NCBI RefSeq assembly: GCF_002105155.1
Contig: NW_019028980.1
Coordinates: 248,001-312,000, forward strand
Length of the DNA stretch: 64,000 nt
Source of the DNA: Lobosporangium transversale
Lineage: Eukaryota
Direction: 5' to 3'
In this document: positions 45,101-56,890 of the stretch, piece after piece
Layout of the letters: each line of letters begins with the position of its first letter
Numbering within the stretch: position 1 is the first letter of the stretch
Position numbers and translations under genes: made by a program
Notes under the pieces: generated by a model
Told to the model about the DNA's origin: nothing
What the model saw: the letters and a program-made list of their open reading frames with translations, nothing else
Databases searched by the model: none

Positions 45101-45108
45101 TTGTCCAT
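39060..45108 (-). CDS. RECQL4: RECQL4-type helicase with an N-terminal Sld2/Drc1-like domain (exons 45108-44577, 44467-43163, 43058-42180, 42064-41898, 41768-39060)
   Basis: Sld2-like [15 protein letters not shown]...ATQEDI...[11 protein letters not shown]. RecQ core [69 protein letters not shown]4-like C-terminus [16 protein letters not shown]...YWAKY...DFAQL. All junctions are in frame. Confidence 0.9.
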
Positions 45109-45982
45109 ATGTTGAACAAGGTGGCTGCTTCACAATGTAAAAATGTAAAAGTACAAAGAGAGAAAAAAAAAAAAAAAAAAAAAAATACACAATATACAGT
45201 GCACAAGTGCACAGACAAATATCCTCGATTAATAAGGGATAGGAAAGTTGGTAATGGACAAATTGAAATGATGGGTGAACTGGATGCAATGAAAAGCCTT
45301 GAAAAGTGCCAGTCATGAAAATAAATAATCGCGACGCGACTTCTCAAGAAAAGGTACAAAAAGCCACAGCCGCGTTTTAAAATTTGAACCCCGCGACGTG
45401 TCACCATTTCTACCAAAAAAGGATTGGATTTGGAATCAACGTTATTTATAAGGCTGTCTGGTGACTACATCGATGTCAAGGCGGAATAACTGCCCTTACT
45501 TGAGAAATGCGCCTAAATATTACAAATATTTCTCTGAATAGGAAAAGAAACTATTAAATATCTACCTCATTAGGTCTACAGCAGACACTGAAATTTGTGT
45601 CAAAGCTTAACATAGCCCGCATACCGCTGTATCAGTATTTCTGTTCAGGAATCAGTGCTATCGGGTAACTACAGGAAGACTGCAGGAGCAAATAATGGAC
45701 GAAACGACGGAGAAAACATACAAAGTATTAGATAGGCATCATATACATTTGTAGCTTATCAAGTCATTAACTGAGGCACAGGCACAACCTGCATAAACCG
45801 ATAGCGTTGCATCATAATGTGGCTATAATGAAGGTAGAGATAGGGAGGCATTCAGGTTTGTATTCGCTATCACTACATGAATTATGAATCCGGTCATCCG
45901 CGTCGTATATGGATATTGGGGACACTTTGAAGCTTAGTAAACATGAGATATCCATGACAAGGGTATTATTTCTATTTCTCTT

Positions 45983-46015
<33 letters not shown>

Positions 46016-46583
46016 AGAGCCAAAGTGTCGCCAATTGCTCTTGGACCAGCAACACATTGATGCCTTTTGTACTGTAAGAACGGACGATGAATGTGCTACT
46101 TGAATCTAAGTTGACATGGTGTCCTGTTATAACTTTTATTATAGGCTTCTTGGTATAATGATATGGGGGCCACTACCAGTATTATTGATGCGTTGTGTAG
46201 TAGCATCAGTAGCACCATAACTAATCTACTTTACGCTTTGAAGGCAGTTGTTGCCGCGCTTGAAACGCAATGACTGAGCGTCCTTGACACTGTCGTGAGC
46301 TTAAAACAACCAAGAAATCAACTGGCACTGGACTTTAAATCAATAATCTACATGCCTCTCATGCCTAAGCAGTTTGGGATAACTTCATGAGTGGCTTCAT
46401 ATCCCTTGGCTCCCCAAAGTCTTGTGAATAATGATAGGTATTGACAGCTCTATGAACCACTAATTGCATACAGCATTCTAGAGAATTCTGAAAGCTCTAC
46501 ATTAAGGGGCTCTAATTAGTATCTTAAAGATACCCTTTCCTTCTTACATCATCATTTCTTTCATTTCATGACAATCCATCACC

Positions 46584-48203
46584 ATGACAAAACAACATCC
46601 GGAAATCCTGAACGCAAAATCAACTGCTGTGTTGGGGTCATCGGCTGACAAGAGTGTCAGTGCGGTGACAATGATGACAACAGGAACAGTTACAACAGCA
46701 CCGCCTCTCCTTAATACGCTTGAAGCAGATTATCTCAACCTTCCACTCGAACTCTGGAGACTGGTCTTCCAGTTCTTATCTCACTCGGATATTCTTCATG
46801 GGGCGCTTGTTTCGCCTAACCTCACCCTCTCCCAATTCTGCCAATCACAGATTTGGTCCCTCATCACGGCAGAAGATTGGGTTTTTGAAGGCTTTCATCA
46901 AGGATTGACTCGAAACGCTTCTCGAGTTCGTCGAATTACTTGTAGTGCCAAGGCTCAGCTCGATGCTATAGCAGCACCTTGGTGCCGAGGCATCACTCAC
47001 CTTGATATTGAGCAGATGCGGTTCTTGAGTAGCACCGTTCTGGAAAGAATCCTTGAACATAATTGTGAATCTCTACAAACTCTGAAAGTCCGATTAGATA
47101 GGACTACATTCCAGATGGTGACAGAAAAAATTGCAAAGATGCGCGAATTGAAGGAGCTGTATCTACAGCATTGGGAGGGTATTTATCCTGAGGCATTGGA
47201 GGCTATTTTGCGTTCCTGCCCTCAAATTGAAGTTTTATCACTAGGTCATAATTCACTCTATCCCTTTAAACTTGAGAATCTGAACAGGGAATCGAGCTCG
47301 CTGAAGAGAGAACAGCAAGAGCAAACTTTAATTGTGCCATTCAGGATTCGAGCAATGGTATTAGATGGAGCTGTCATATTCCATGACGAGCTCGTCTTGA
47401 ACTTGGCTTCCCAATGCCCAGACTTGCGTGTATTGTCAATGCAAGGTTGCTTTGGTATCCGGTTGTCGACAGGGTTTATGATGTCGCTTGCACAATTCTG
47501 TCCCAAATTGGAAAGATTTAATCTTACAAACCAATCGATCACAGACGATTTCTTTCAAACTTTGTTCTGTACAATGCCTCATTTGAAAGAAATCAAAGTC
47601 TCAGGATCTGCTTTATCGGACGACGATGTCAAGGTCATGATCGAACACTGTGGATCAACACTTGATACTCTGGACATCGGATTGTGTCCCTCTCTCAGCA
47701 GTCACTCGGTTCTTGCGATTTTAATGGGCTGTCCTCGACTGACTCATCTGGATGCTCATGGTGTTGATTTTAATCCTCGGGATATGGAACCAACAGATCA
47801 ATGGGCCTGCACCGAATTAAAATCACTCTATTTAGAAATATTGCTGCCCAAACGCACTCATTACCCTGTTGGGGAACCGGATCGTATCAGGACTCAACTC
47901 TATCAGCAGTTGGCGCGCCTCACTCAATTGAGGTCTCTACAACTAAGTGGAGGGTCGAAAGACAGAGGAGTGAATGTTCTGGAAATGTCACTTCTGACAG
48001 GTCTTGATCAATTGGTGACATTGAGATCTCTTGAACGGCTAGATGTCAAGAGGTTGAACCATGCAATCAGGAGTGCGGAAATCTCTTGGATGTTCAAAGT
48101 CTGGCCGCGACTTCAGGGACTGGGTATCCTCTTAGATTCAAACGCGGACATAGAGTTAATGCGAGCTGTTCATAGAAAAAATAGGAATATATTTGTGTGG
48201 TAG
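46584..48203 (+). CDS. F-box/LRR (RNI-like) protein, intronless
   Basis: F-box LNLPLELWRLVFQFLSHSDI, repeated LxxLxL...CPxL units and a C-terminal block WACTELKSLYL...LYQQLARLTQLRSLQL...LEMSLLTGLDQLVTLRSLERL...WPRL. Confidence 0.85.
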   Translation: MTKQHPEILNAKSTAVLGSSADKSVSAVTMMTTGTVTTAPPLLNTLEADYLNLPLELWRLVFQFLSHSDILHGALVSPNLTLSQFCQSQIWSLITAEDWVFEGFHQGLTRNASRVRRITCSAKAQLDAIAAPWCRGITHLDIEQMRFLSSTVLERILEHNCESLQTLKVRLDRTTFQMVTEKIAKMRELKELYLQHWEGIYPEALEAILRSCPQIEVLSLGHNSLYPFKLENLNRESSSLKREQQEQTLIVPFRIRAMVLDGAVIFHDELVLNLASQCPDLRVLSMQGCFGIRLSTGFMMSLAQFCPKLERFNLTNQSITDDFFQTLFCTMPHLKEIKVSGSALSDDDVKVMIEHCGSTLDTLDIGLCPSLSSHSVLAILMGCPRLTHLDAHGVDFNPRDMEPTDQWACTELKSLYLEILLPKRTHYPVGEPDRIRTQLYQQLARLTQLRSLQLSGGSKDRGVNVLEMSLLTGLDQLVTLRSLERLDVKRLNHAIRSAEISWMFKVWPRLQGLGILLDSNADIELMRAVHRKNRNIFVW

Positions 48204-48319
48204 TTTTTTTTTTTTTTTTTTTTTTTTAATTTAGTTTAATTTAGTTTAGTTTTGAGTTATGAGTAGACGATACAATAAAAGTTAAGACTGAATTCTTTTT
48301 TTTTTTTTTTTTTTTTTTT

Positions 48320-50569
48320 TTAATACAGGCATATACCCATCCCTGGTCGGACTTGGGATAGCCATTCTATTGCTTTATTAATCTTTTCATATCCTCGACT
48401 ATAAGAGGCTCGATCTTTACTCACGTCTATGAAGCACAGGCGTGGCCAATGTTCAATCATCCATGCTGCATCCTCCCATCCCAGCGTCTTGACCATCCTT
48501 CGTAAATCCAATCTTTCTAAACAATGTAATGTGTCTAGTGCCTCCAGACCACTCTCTAATGTCAAATCTATACCTGCTTCCGCCCCCCCTACACGATGCC
48601 CCCCCCCTAAACCCAATACTTTCAGCCTCGTTAATGCTGCTAGCTGGTCGTATACACGCTTGCGTACATTTTTGACACTATCGAACACAAGCTCTGCTTC
48701 CGTTGGAGCAACAGCAGAGGCAGGGGTGAAGGCATAAATCTCGATGTCTAGCCTCAACGTCTCCAGTCCTCGACATGCCCACATCTCTGTACCTTGATTT
48801 CCTACATCGCGACCATTCAACACTACCCCCTGCGCGCTTATAGCCTTGAGTGATACACATGTTCGAAGCAAATGGTCTAAAGATGGGCTCTGGATACCAC
48901 GAGTGCCGTCTAGATTCAAACTCACAATGTCTTTACAATGTATTCGGACTGCATCCAACGCGCCTCGAGTAAATCCTGTTCCCCCAGCATGAAGCCATCG
49001 TAACTGAGGATTGTGTCGGCACAACGAGACAAAGAATTCATCCTGAAGATCCATGGCTTGTCCTCGAAACTCGATTTTGGAAAGATTAGGGCAGACTTGC
49101 GACAAAATGGATGCGAAACGCGAGGATGGATAAAACCCCCATCCATCCAGTAATGAAAGGTGTTGCAAATGAGGGCATTGGCGTGTTAGATTGACGAGGA
49201 ATTCTTGACGTAGGCCTGCTTGATGTAGAGAGAGCGATCTGATCTGGCTCTGTAGGGTATTGGGTAAGTTTTGCCCCTTCATGCTTAGTTGATGCATATG
49301 GTGCTGATCTTGAGGACGAGTCATAGCTATTGTAGGAGTCATTGGGCACAAATCTAATGCTGGATCCTGTATAAAGGTTGTGGTATAAAGAGCAGCTCTC
49401 TTACTATATATTTCTAGCGGATCTTGATACTGAGGCATTGCTGACCCATTTCGCCCTTTGATTGGGTCGTCATACCTCTCTAATAGGATATGTGTCTCGG
49501 AAGGTGCTGTGCCGATCAACTTTGGCTTGTGGAGCCGTGACTGATCTGAATCAAAGAGAGCTCGAAGAGTGAATTGTGTAAAATCGTTTTCGCCCAATGA
49601 GAGATGAAATAGCTTTGGACACATTTCCATGATTAATTGTAACGAGTATTCTTGAAAATCCCTCCATGCATTCAACGACAGCATCTCAAGGTTATCCAGC
49701 TGGGAAAGCGCGCTCAATAAGTGAGGAGGGAATCTCCCCTGAGGTTCTAATTGCAATGAGCGCAAGCCCTTATTGGCCCTGATGACTTGTACAAGATCGT
49801 CCGCCATTTGGAGGAACGAGTCGTAGGTCTCTTTTGGTGGCGACGTGGTAGCAATATGATTAGTCATAGTCATAGTCATCGTCGGTTTTCTTCCATTCTC
49901 AGTTGTTCTTGGAGTAGTAATGACGCTTTGTTGACGATGAATGCGACCACCATTATCATTATTGGCATCGGCCCTTTCTTTGATCGAATTGCGGATTCGG
50001 GACACGTCCAGTACTACCAAGTTGCGACAATACAAGCTCACACGTCCAAGGTCTGTGCCTGGTCCGCAATGAAGTGACAAGATTTGTGACCCATGGTGGT
50101 GCCAGTTTTCCTGGAAAAATTTATTCTCCCACGCCTGTAGAGGAATACTTGTCCAGAGTAATGGTGCACTGCATGCTCTGAACTGCTTGGAGACACGGCT
50201 TGCATAGTTCAATGCTGATCTATCAAGATATAGACATATTTCTTGAAGAATCTCTGGAATAGATAATGGACTAGGTCTTGAGCTAGGAATATCTCCAGAA
50301 CTGGAACTGAGATCATTGTCACTGCTGCTCGTAATTGCTCCCCCTGAATCGAAACTCTGTCTAATACCATGCGCTGCAGCAGTAGTAGGGATCCTGTTCG
50401 TTTTTAGAGTAAGGATCAAAGCGTTTGCACTGTCGGTAATTGAACTAGGCACACAAAGTTGTTGAGTAAAACTTAGAGAAGGCGAGAATGGGCCTGTTAT
50501 GGAATTTTTCGATAGGGACACTGTGTCTAACGTGGCCGACGAGGGACGAGACATGAGCACATCTGCCAT
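48320..50569 (-). CDS. F-box/LRR (RNI-like) protein, intronless, same subfamily as 46584-48203
   Basis: F-box PLSIPEILQEICLYLDR...RVSKQF, LRRs and C-terminal WACRGLETLRL...VYDQLAALTRLKVLGL...IDLTLESGLEALDTLHCLERL...HWPRL. Confidence 0.85.
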   Translation of the reverse strand: MADVLMSRPSSATLDTVSLSKNSITGPFSPSLSFTQQLCVPSSITDSANALILTLKTNRIPTTAAAHGIRQSFDSGGAITSSSDNDLSSSSGDIPSSRPSPLSIPEILQEICLYLDRSALNYASRVSKQFRACSAPLLWTSIPLQAWENKFFQENWHHHGSQILSLHCGPGTDLGRVSLYCRNLVVLDVSRIRNSIKERADANNDNGGRIHRQQSVITTPRTTENGRKPTMTMTMTNHIATTSPPKETYDSFLQMADDLVQVIRANKGLRSLQLEPQGRFPPHLLSALSQLDNLEMLSLNAWRDFQEYSLQLIMEMCPKLFHLSLGENDFTQFTLRALFDSDQSRLHKPKLIGTAPSETHILLERYDDPIKGRNGSAMPQYQDPLEIYSKRAALYTTTFIQDPALDLCPMTPTIAMTRPQDQHHMHQLSMKGQNLPNTLQSQIRSLSLHQAGLRQEFLVNLTRQCPHLQHLSLLDGWGFYPSSRFASILSQVCPNLSKIEFRGQAMDLQDEFFVSLCRHNPQLRWLHAGGTGFTRGALDAVRIHCKDIVSLNLDGTRGIQSPSLDHLLRTCVSLKAISAQGVVLNGRDVGNQGTEMWACRGLETLRLDIEIYAFTPASAVAPTEAELVFDSVKNVRKRVYDQLAALTRLKVLGLGGGHRVGGAEAGIDLTLESGLEALDTLHCLERLDLRRMVKTLGWEDAAWMIEHWPRLCFIDVSKDRASYSRGYEKINKAIEWLSQVRPGMGICLY

Positions 50570-51796
50570 TCACAGACACAAATGGAATGGAATGAAGTGG
50601 AATAAGTGTAATGAGATGGAGGGGTAGGAAACAGTAACTGTTCGTAAAACAAAAGAAAAAAAACAAAAAAAAAACACATGCATTGCAGGATAGCGAGCAG
50701 TCCGTCGCATTAATTAAAGTGACAATGACGGCGTATCATAAAAGTGCCTTCATCCTTGATCGCAAATACCTTTATGTATATTTGTAGCAACAGAGGCATT
50801 CAATAACCTTTGAAAGCTATAGGTGTTATCGTTGTTTAATTGAAGTGTTCCTGTGTCCCATCCAACAATGTGAGATTAGACCGTGGGAAGAAAAGTATCT
50901 TTTGTTGTGCTTTAAAAATAAAATAAAATATTTTCTTTTTGAAGAATTTGGGTGTTCTGTGTAAGCTTCAGCTGCATACATGTCCTTACAACTTCTTTAC
51001 TGGAATGCAGTGCTTTCTCAGTGCGTCGCGTCCTCTACACATTTATGGTATTATTGTTCATGTGTTATGCTCGTTGTTTCCCCTTGATCACTTGGACCAT
51101 CCTTTGCATGTGAACTACAACAAATCTCCTCTTATCCAGTTTTTTGCGAGATGATAAGGAAAGATAGACAGGTGAACAGACAAAAAAGATCCAAAGATGT
51201 AAACTAGTTCGGTCGGCCCGGAGCCTCCTTGAAGGCATGAATTTTCGATTTTTTGGTTTGTTTATGAATGATCAGCAGTGCTTGCAGTCTACAGCTTGTC
51301 AAGCGACCCGATGTTTACACCAATGGGAAGTAGTAAACATCGTAAGCATCCACTCATGGAAGCGAAACCACATAGTCCAGTATTGAACTAAGACTTCAAG
51401 TCTATTGATAATTGGCTTAAGACTGTGGGCAAAAACAGCTATTGGCTCATAGGGAAAGAAGGGGGGATCCGAGAGGACATGGCGACAACGAAGACATGAA
51501 TGAATGTCCGGCCTTTGACCACCGTGTAGGCTTTCGTTGGATGTGTAGAACGCGTGTAAAACCCCCCTAAAACATTATGAGAAGAGAGGGGGGTTTTTTT
51601 TTAATTTTTTTTGGCTTTATTGATGTTTACGTTCTGCGTTCGCCTCGCCTTCCTTGTATTAATATATAAACCCCTTTACTCCTCTCCACATTTTCCTTCA
51701 AGCCCACACCCGCGTTTCTTTCTTCCAAATTATCCTATTGTCACCTTACAGTCTCTATTTGCTAAAAAAAAAAAAAAAATCCCCCGTTTTACAGCC

Positions 51797-53771
51797 ATGG
51801 CTACGGTAATTGCTTGGATAGGCCTCAAAAAGCGCCTCGAGAAGTACCTTATCAAACGCAAACGTAGCTCCCTTGAGTATGTGGTCTTGGCCACATTGGG
51901 CTTTGTAGTCGCAGCCACACTTAAGTATCCCGATAGAGCATTTCTAACCACACAACGACCAGACCTCAAAGCTTCTAAGAAAGCTGTGCGCGGCTATCCG
52001 TTAATCGGTAACCTCCCTACTGTCATCAACCAACGCCATGATCACCTGTCGTACGCCTACAATTATACTGCTAAGCACGGCGATGTCATGTAATGTCTTT
52101 ACTCTCTTTTCCCTACTTTCGATGATGGATATACGTTTTAAGCGTATACTTCAAGATGATTAACATGTATACTCTCACAATACTTCTCAATATTTGATAC
52201 CTCACACAGCGCTATTACGCTACCGTTCTTTGGTCAAATTATCATTATCAACCGGCCAGAACTTATGGAACATATCCTCAAAAGTAAGCACCTTGATTTT
52301 TTTTAATTACTTTTTGCTTTTTTTGTTATGACATTGGTTCACTGATTTCATGTTTTCATTTTTTTATTCATCTTCGGCTTCATTTTTTTTTTCCAATAGC
52401 TAACTTTGATAACTATGTCAAAGGTAACATCTTCCGGTGGCTTCTGTCCGATGTCCTCGGTAACGGCATCTTTGTCACTGATGGGGATGAATGGAGGCTT
52501 CATAGGAAGACAGCTTCCAACATTTTTACGACAAAACTTTACCGAAGTCTAGTTGAGGGTGCCTTTAGAACCAGCGCCCATGATCTCTGTCAGGTTATTG
52601 AAACCCAATGCTGCCTCTCCAGTGAAGCCAGCGAATCACCAAAAGAAGTCATTCCCATCGACCTTCAGGCCAATTTCTTTAAATTGACTTTGGATGCGTT
52701 TGCGAAATTGACCTTTGGTATCGACTTCAAATCACTGACATCTTCAGGCCCCAACGAGTTTGCAGAGGCATTTGACTACTTAACGGCTGCAGCAGATGCC
52801 AGGCTAGCTAATCCACTCTGGTTCATAACTGAGAAATTCCCTGGAAACCGGAGGCGACATCAGGGCGCAATCGCTACATTGGATAAGTATGCTTTCCTTG
52901 CCATTTCAAGCCGACACTCTGAGACACCTGAACAGAAATCGAGTCGACCACAAGATCTTTTGGATTATTTTATTAATCATAAAAGGGATGACGGTACAAC
53001 ACTTACAGACCGAGACCTACGTGATGTATTTGTGAACTTTATGGTGTAAGTAACAACTGCGTTTTAAAATCGAACGAGATTATATCGTTTGTCCGTCATA
53101 CTAATTTTTATATATATACATTAATATTTATATCGCGTAGGGCCGGTCGTGATACCACAGCAGTGGCTCTGACTTGGCAATTCTACAGCTTGATGGCGAA
53201 CCCGCGGATCATGAAGAATATTGTTCAAGAGATTGACACAGTCCTCAAGGGCTCAGAGGATGCAATCAAGTATGAGGTTCTCATGAACGAGATGCCGTAT
53301 ACCAAAGCCGTTTTTCACGAAACTCTTCGTCTCCACCCTCCTGTCCCCAAAAACTTCAAACAGGCTGTTGCAGACGATGTCCTTCCCGATGGCACGCGCG
53401 TCAAAAAAGGAGATTTGATTGGTTATTCCAACTGGTGCTTGGGTCGCAATAAGTCAGTTTGGGGTGTGGATGCGGGCCTTTTTGTGCCGGAACGATGGCT
53501 TGTGCCTGATGAACAGGGTGGATCTCCATTCGGCAAGTTCAAACCCGAGAATCCGTATAAATTCATTACATTCAATGCCGGTCCTCGTCTGTGCCTTGGA
53601 CAAACGTTTGCTATTCTCGAAGCCATGGCGACTACATGCATCTTGCTGCAGAGGTTCCATTTCCAGCTAGTCCCTAACCATCCTACACCCCAAGTCAAAG
53701 GATCCGTTACATTGCCCATGAAAGACCCTTTAATGACGATTGTGACTAAAAGACAAAATATAGTCTTGTAG
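51797..53771 (+). CDS. Cytochrome P450 of the fatty-acid hydroxylase type (CYP86/CYP704/CYP52-like) (exons 51797-52089, 52210-52283, 52400-53045, 53141-53771)
   Basis: N-terminal membrane anchor, GYPLIGNL, ILKTNFDNYVKG, LGNGIFVTDGDEWRLHRK, I-helix NFMVAGRDTTA across intron 3, ETLRLHPPVP, PERW and heme motif FNAGPRLCLG. Confidence 0.93.
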
Positions 53772-53857
53772 TTTCATAGTTCCATAGTACGTAGTCTTTT
53801 ATTTTATATTATATTTACAAAAAAAAAAAAAAAAAAAAAAAAAAAAGCAGTAATTGC

Positions 53858-54892
53858 TCAATCTGAATGATCATATTCCAGATCAGGATCGTCGGTGTCT
53901 TCCCATTCATTCTGACCAAGATCGTCAACCGACAAGATCCCATAACAACCTTCCAAATTTAATGAGGTCAACTGAGGTGCACGGCAACGCAAGTGCATGA
54001 TCCCGTTTTCCGTAATCAGGGGACAGAACGATAGATCCAGGCTCTTGATTGTCTTTCCAGTCCCATAATATGTGGATACTTCACTCGTATCTGAAACGGG
54101 AGTAGTGCATTTGGCTGCTTTAGCAAGATTGCGCAGAGACCGGTCTGTAAGCCTATCACATTTTGAAACCTCTAGATTTTCGAGTACAGTCGCATATATG
54201 GAGAGATATCCAATAGCTCTATCAGTGATTTTGTTGCAACCCGATAAAACTAATGACCTTAATCGCCGGCCTGCAAGGCGGAGAGTGATTAAATCGATTG
54301 CATTATCACGTAAGCGTTTACAATCGCTGAGGTTGAGGGTTGAGACTAATGGGCAACCAGTAACAAGAGATTGAATCGTTTCCGCATGAACTGTATCCCA
54401 CCGATGCGGCAACATGGAGAGATCGATTGTTTCGACAAGGGCTCCTGGGGGTATCCGTTCCTGATTTTCTGTGATATCGGCCAATTTTGATGGTACTGGC
54501 GGCATTAACGATAAAATTTGTTTAGAATAAACTTTTCGTCCCAAAAAGATGCTGACACTATCACCAGTACTATTATTGCTGTGATCACCATTGCCGAATG
54601 TGTCTATTGCTGCCCGAACATGGTTAACATAATTATTATGTTGCGTATCAAAATAGCTGCACTGCGCATCTGAGGACAGGTGTGGGTATTGATCCAATAT
54701 CTCTTGAGTGTTGACAGTTCGAATAAAAGCATTCAATGTTTGAAGGCGGTGAAACTTGGGTTCTGCATAGAGTAGACGGCGGGTGAGTTGATGCCACTGT
54801 CGGTTGATACGATTACATGCAGCTAATGTGGGCTGTTCCGGAAGAATGACTTGGATAATGCGGAGGAGTAGTTCTGTTGGAAGAGAGTTCAT
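53858..54892 (-). CDS. F-box/LRR protein, FBXL/Grr1-like cysteine-containing LRRs, intronless
   Basis: Likely start MNSLPTELLLRII (ATG 54892). LRR_CC repeats LNLSDCKRLRD, LVLSGCNKITD, LEVSKCDRLTD, LDLSFCPLITE and LNLEGC. Confidence 0.85.
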   Translation of the reverse strand: MNSLPTELLLRIIQVILPEQPTLAACNRINRQWHQLTRRLLYAEPKFHRLQTLNAFIRTVNTQEILDQYPHLSSDAQCSYFDTQHNNYVNHVRAAIDTFGNGDHSNNSTGDSVSIFLGRKVYSKQILSLMPPVPSKLADITENQERIPPGALVETIDLSMLPHRWDTVHAETIQSLVTGCPLVSTLNLSDCKRLRDNAIDLITLRLAGRRLRSLVLSGCNKITDRAIGYLSIYATVLENLEVSKCDRLTDRSLRNLAKAAKCTTPVSDTSEVSTYYGTGKTIKSLDLSFCPLITENGIMHLRCRAPQLTSLNLEGCYGILSVDDLGQNEWEDTDDPDLEYDHSD

Positions 54893-55058
54893 GAATAGGT
54901 GTGAATGGATGAAGTAAAAAGAATGGATGTGTGATATTTGTAGTACACAAATACAATTACAATGAGTGTGACCGTAAATTAAAAATTGGGACAGAGATCG
55001 CTGAAAACAGAACAAGAGCCACGCTTTTTTTTTTTCTTTTTTTATCGTCTCCAAATAA
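54893..55058. promoter_or_regulatory. Compact divergent (bidirectional) promoter between the F-box/LRR gene and NSE4
   Basis: Head-to-head start codons at 54892 (-) and 55059 (+) are only 166 bp apart. A T-rich tract lies at 55025-55043. Confidence 0.6.
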
Positions 55059-56532
55059 ATGATCATGTCATACGAAATGGAGCAAGACATGAATCAAGAT
55101 GATTACATGGAGCAGGACGATTTAGTAAGAGAACAAGAGAAGGAGCGAATAAAGAATGAAAAGAGAGAGATTCGTCAAAAATACCGGAAGCTCATCTCGG
55201 ACACCGAAGGTAAAACATAGGTTTTCAAATATCCAGTCTTTTTTTCTTGTCCCTTGAGTTCAGTCGGCGACACATACAATATTGGCAGGATGATTTACTC
55301 CAGCGTACCTATTTTCCCAATATTATAGAGCATCGGAAGGAGCTTATGGACCCGACGAATAATGGGCTTCTGGCGAATGTAGATCAAGCAAATAGGTTGT
55401 ACAAGCATGGTAAAGAATCATAAGTCTTGTCTTATCACAGTTCTTATTTATAGAATATACGGGATATATTGCATCTTTCTTCTTCTTCGTCTTTATAACT
55501 TGGACTTTGTTTTGTTTATGGGTAGTATTTGGAACCCATGAGGCGACACTGGATGCAAAACTGCTGGTCACTACAGCTGACTTGGGTATGCAAAAAGCTA
55601 AACATCTGCGGATGGGACAAGGAGGATTCGATGAAACGGAATATCTCACGCGACTAGTCAATCAGATGGGTGGCCATGACATTGATAGCGAGCATATTGG
55701 TATGGATTGGGCCAAGATTGGACGTATGGCCGTCAAATGGACGCGGAGAGCGCCTACCATGGATTTCATGTATGTGACCGCAATCAACCTGAATTCGATC
55801 TTTTTATTTAAATATACATCACGCTTTACTATTTGTCGCTGACTTTATTTGTAATAAAACTTCCTAGGTTGGGACCAATGTCTGTAGAACACAAATCAAG
55901 GGCGCCCATTCACAGACAAAAGATTGTTAGAGATCCAAACGCGATGAGGAAACCTCAGGAGCTGCGAGAAGAAGATATTGCGCGACAGGAGAACGAGACC
56001 ACGAAGAATGTGATGCAGATTGCAGAGATTCTGGAGAATTGTACTGATAAGATTAATCTGTTTGAACTAGTCATCAACCCTGAATCATTTGGCCAGACTG
56101 TCGAAAATATATTCTATCTGTCCTTTTTGGTACGTGATGGTAAAGTGAGCATCACAGAGGAGGACATGGATGATCCTAACCGTGGTCAATATGGTGAAGA
56201 CGATGAGATTCCGGAGCCGAAGGAAGGTGCCAACATCCAACCCATGGTTGAGCTGACAGAGATGCCCACAGCAGAAGATTATCAGGGTGGATTGCTCAAG
56301 AAGCAAATGGTTATGGACATTGATATGGCTATGTGGAGAGTAAGTTTTCTTTTATTCTGATACCATATTTTATTTTTGGACAAGCCAACATAAAGGGTGA
56401 TAATGCTAATGATCATTTTTGATTTACATCCTTGATAATTAGCAACTCATTGATGTATACGATATCCGGAGAACCATGATTCCTACGCGTCGTGTCAAGG
56501 ATCATGTCGAGAAGGGCAAATGGTATGGTTAA
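55059..56532 (+). CDS. NSE4: Smc5/6 kleisin subunit Nse4 (exons 55059-55209, 55329-55409, 55526-55769, 55868-56339, 56443-56532; start may be 55065 or 55077)
   Basis: REIRQKYRKL, EATLDAKLL, PTMDFMLGP, ENETTKNV, INLFELVINPESFGQTVENIFYLSFLVRDGKV (Nse4_C) and DMAMWRQLIDVYDI...MIPTR. Confidence 0.92.
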
Positions 56533-56837
56533 GTTAGAAAACATGGGATGTATTTTAAAGCAACTGTAATATAATGGCAAAGAAAGCATAAAAGGCTTTA
56601 GTTGTCAAATTCAAATGATGAACAAAAAAAAAATTGTGTGACAATGAACAAAAAGACGAGGCTTGTTGTTGACATCTATGTATATATCCTGCAACTCGTT
56701 TGGTCAGTGATTCATATATTTTCTATTGAAAAAACGCTGATTTTGACATTTGTGACGAACTGGTGCCAAGGAATATAATTGACTCCCAATTCAATCAAGA
56801 TTATTCAAAAAATATATGAATCACTGACCAAGTATAC

Positions 56838-56841
<4 letters not shown>

Positions 56842-56884
<43 letters not shown>
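56842..56884. repeat. (AT)n microsatellite
   Basis: About 21 uninterrupted AT units between NSE4 and LAG1. Confidence 0.95.
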
Positions 56885-56890
<6 letters not shown>

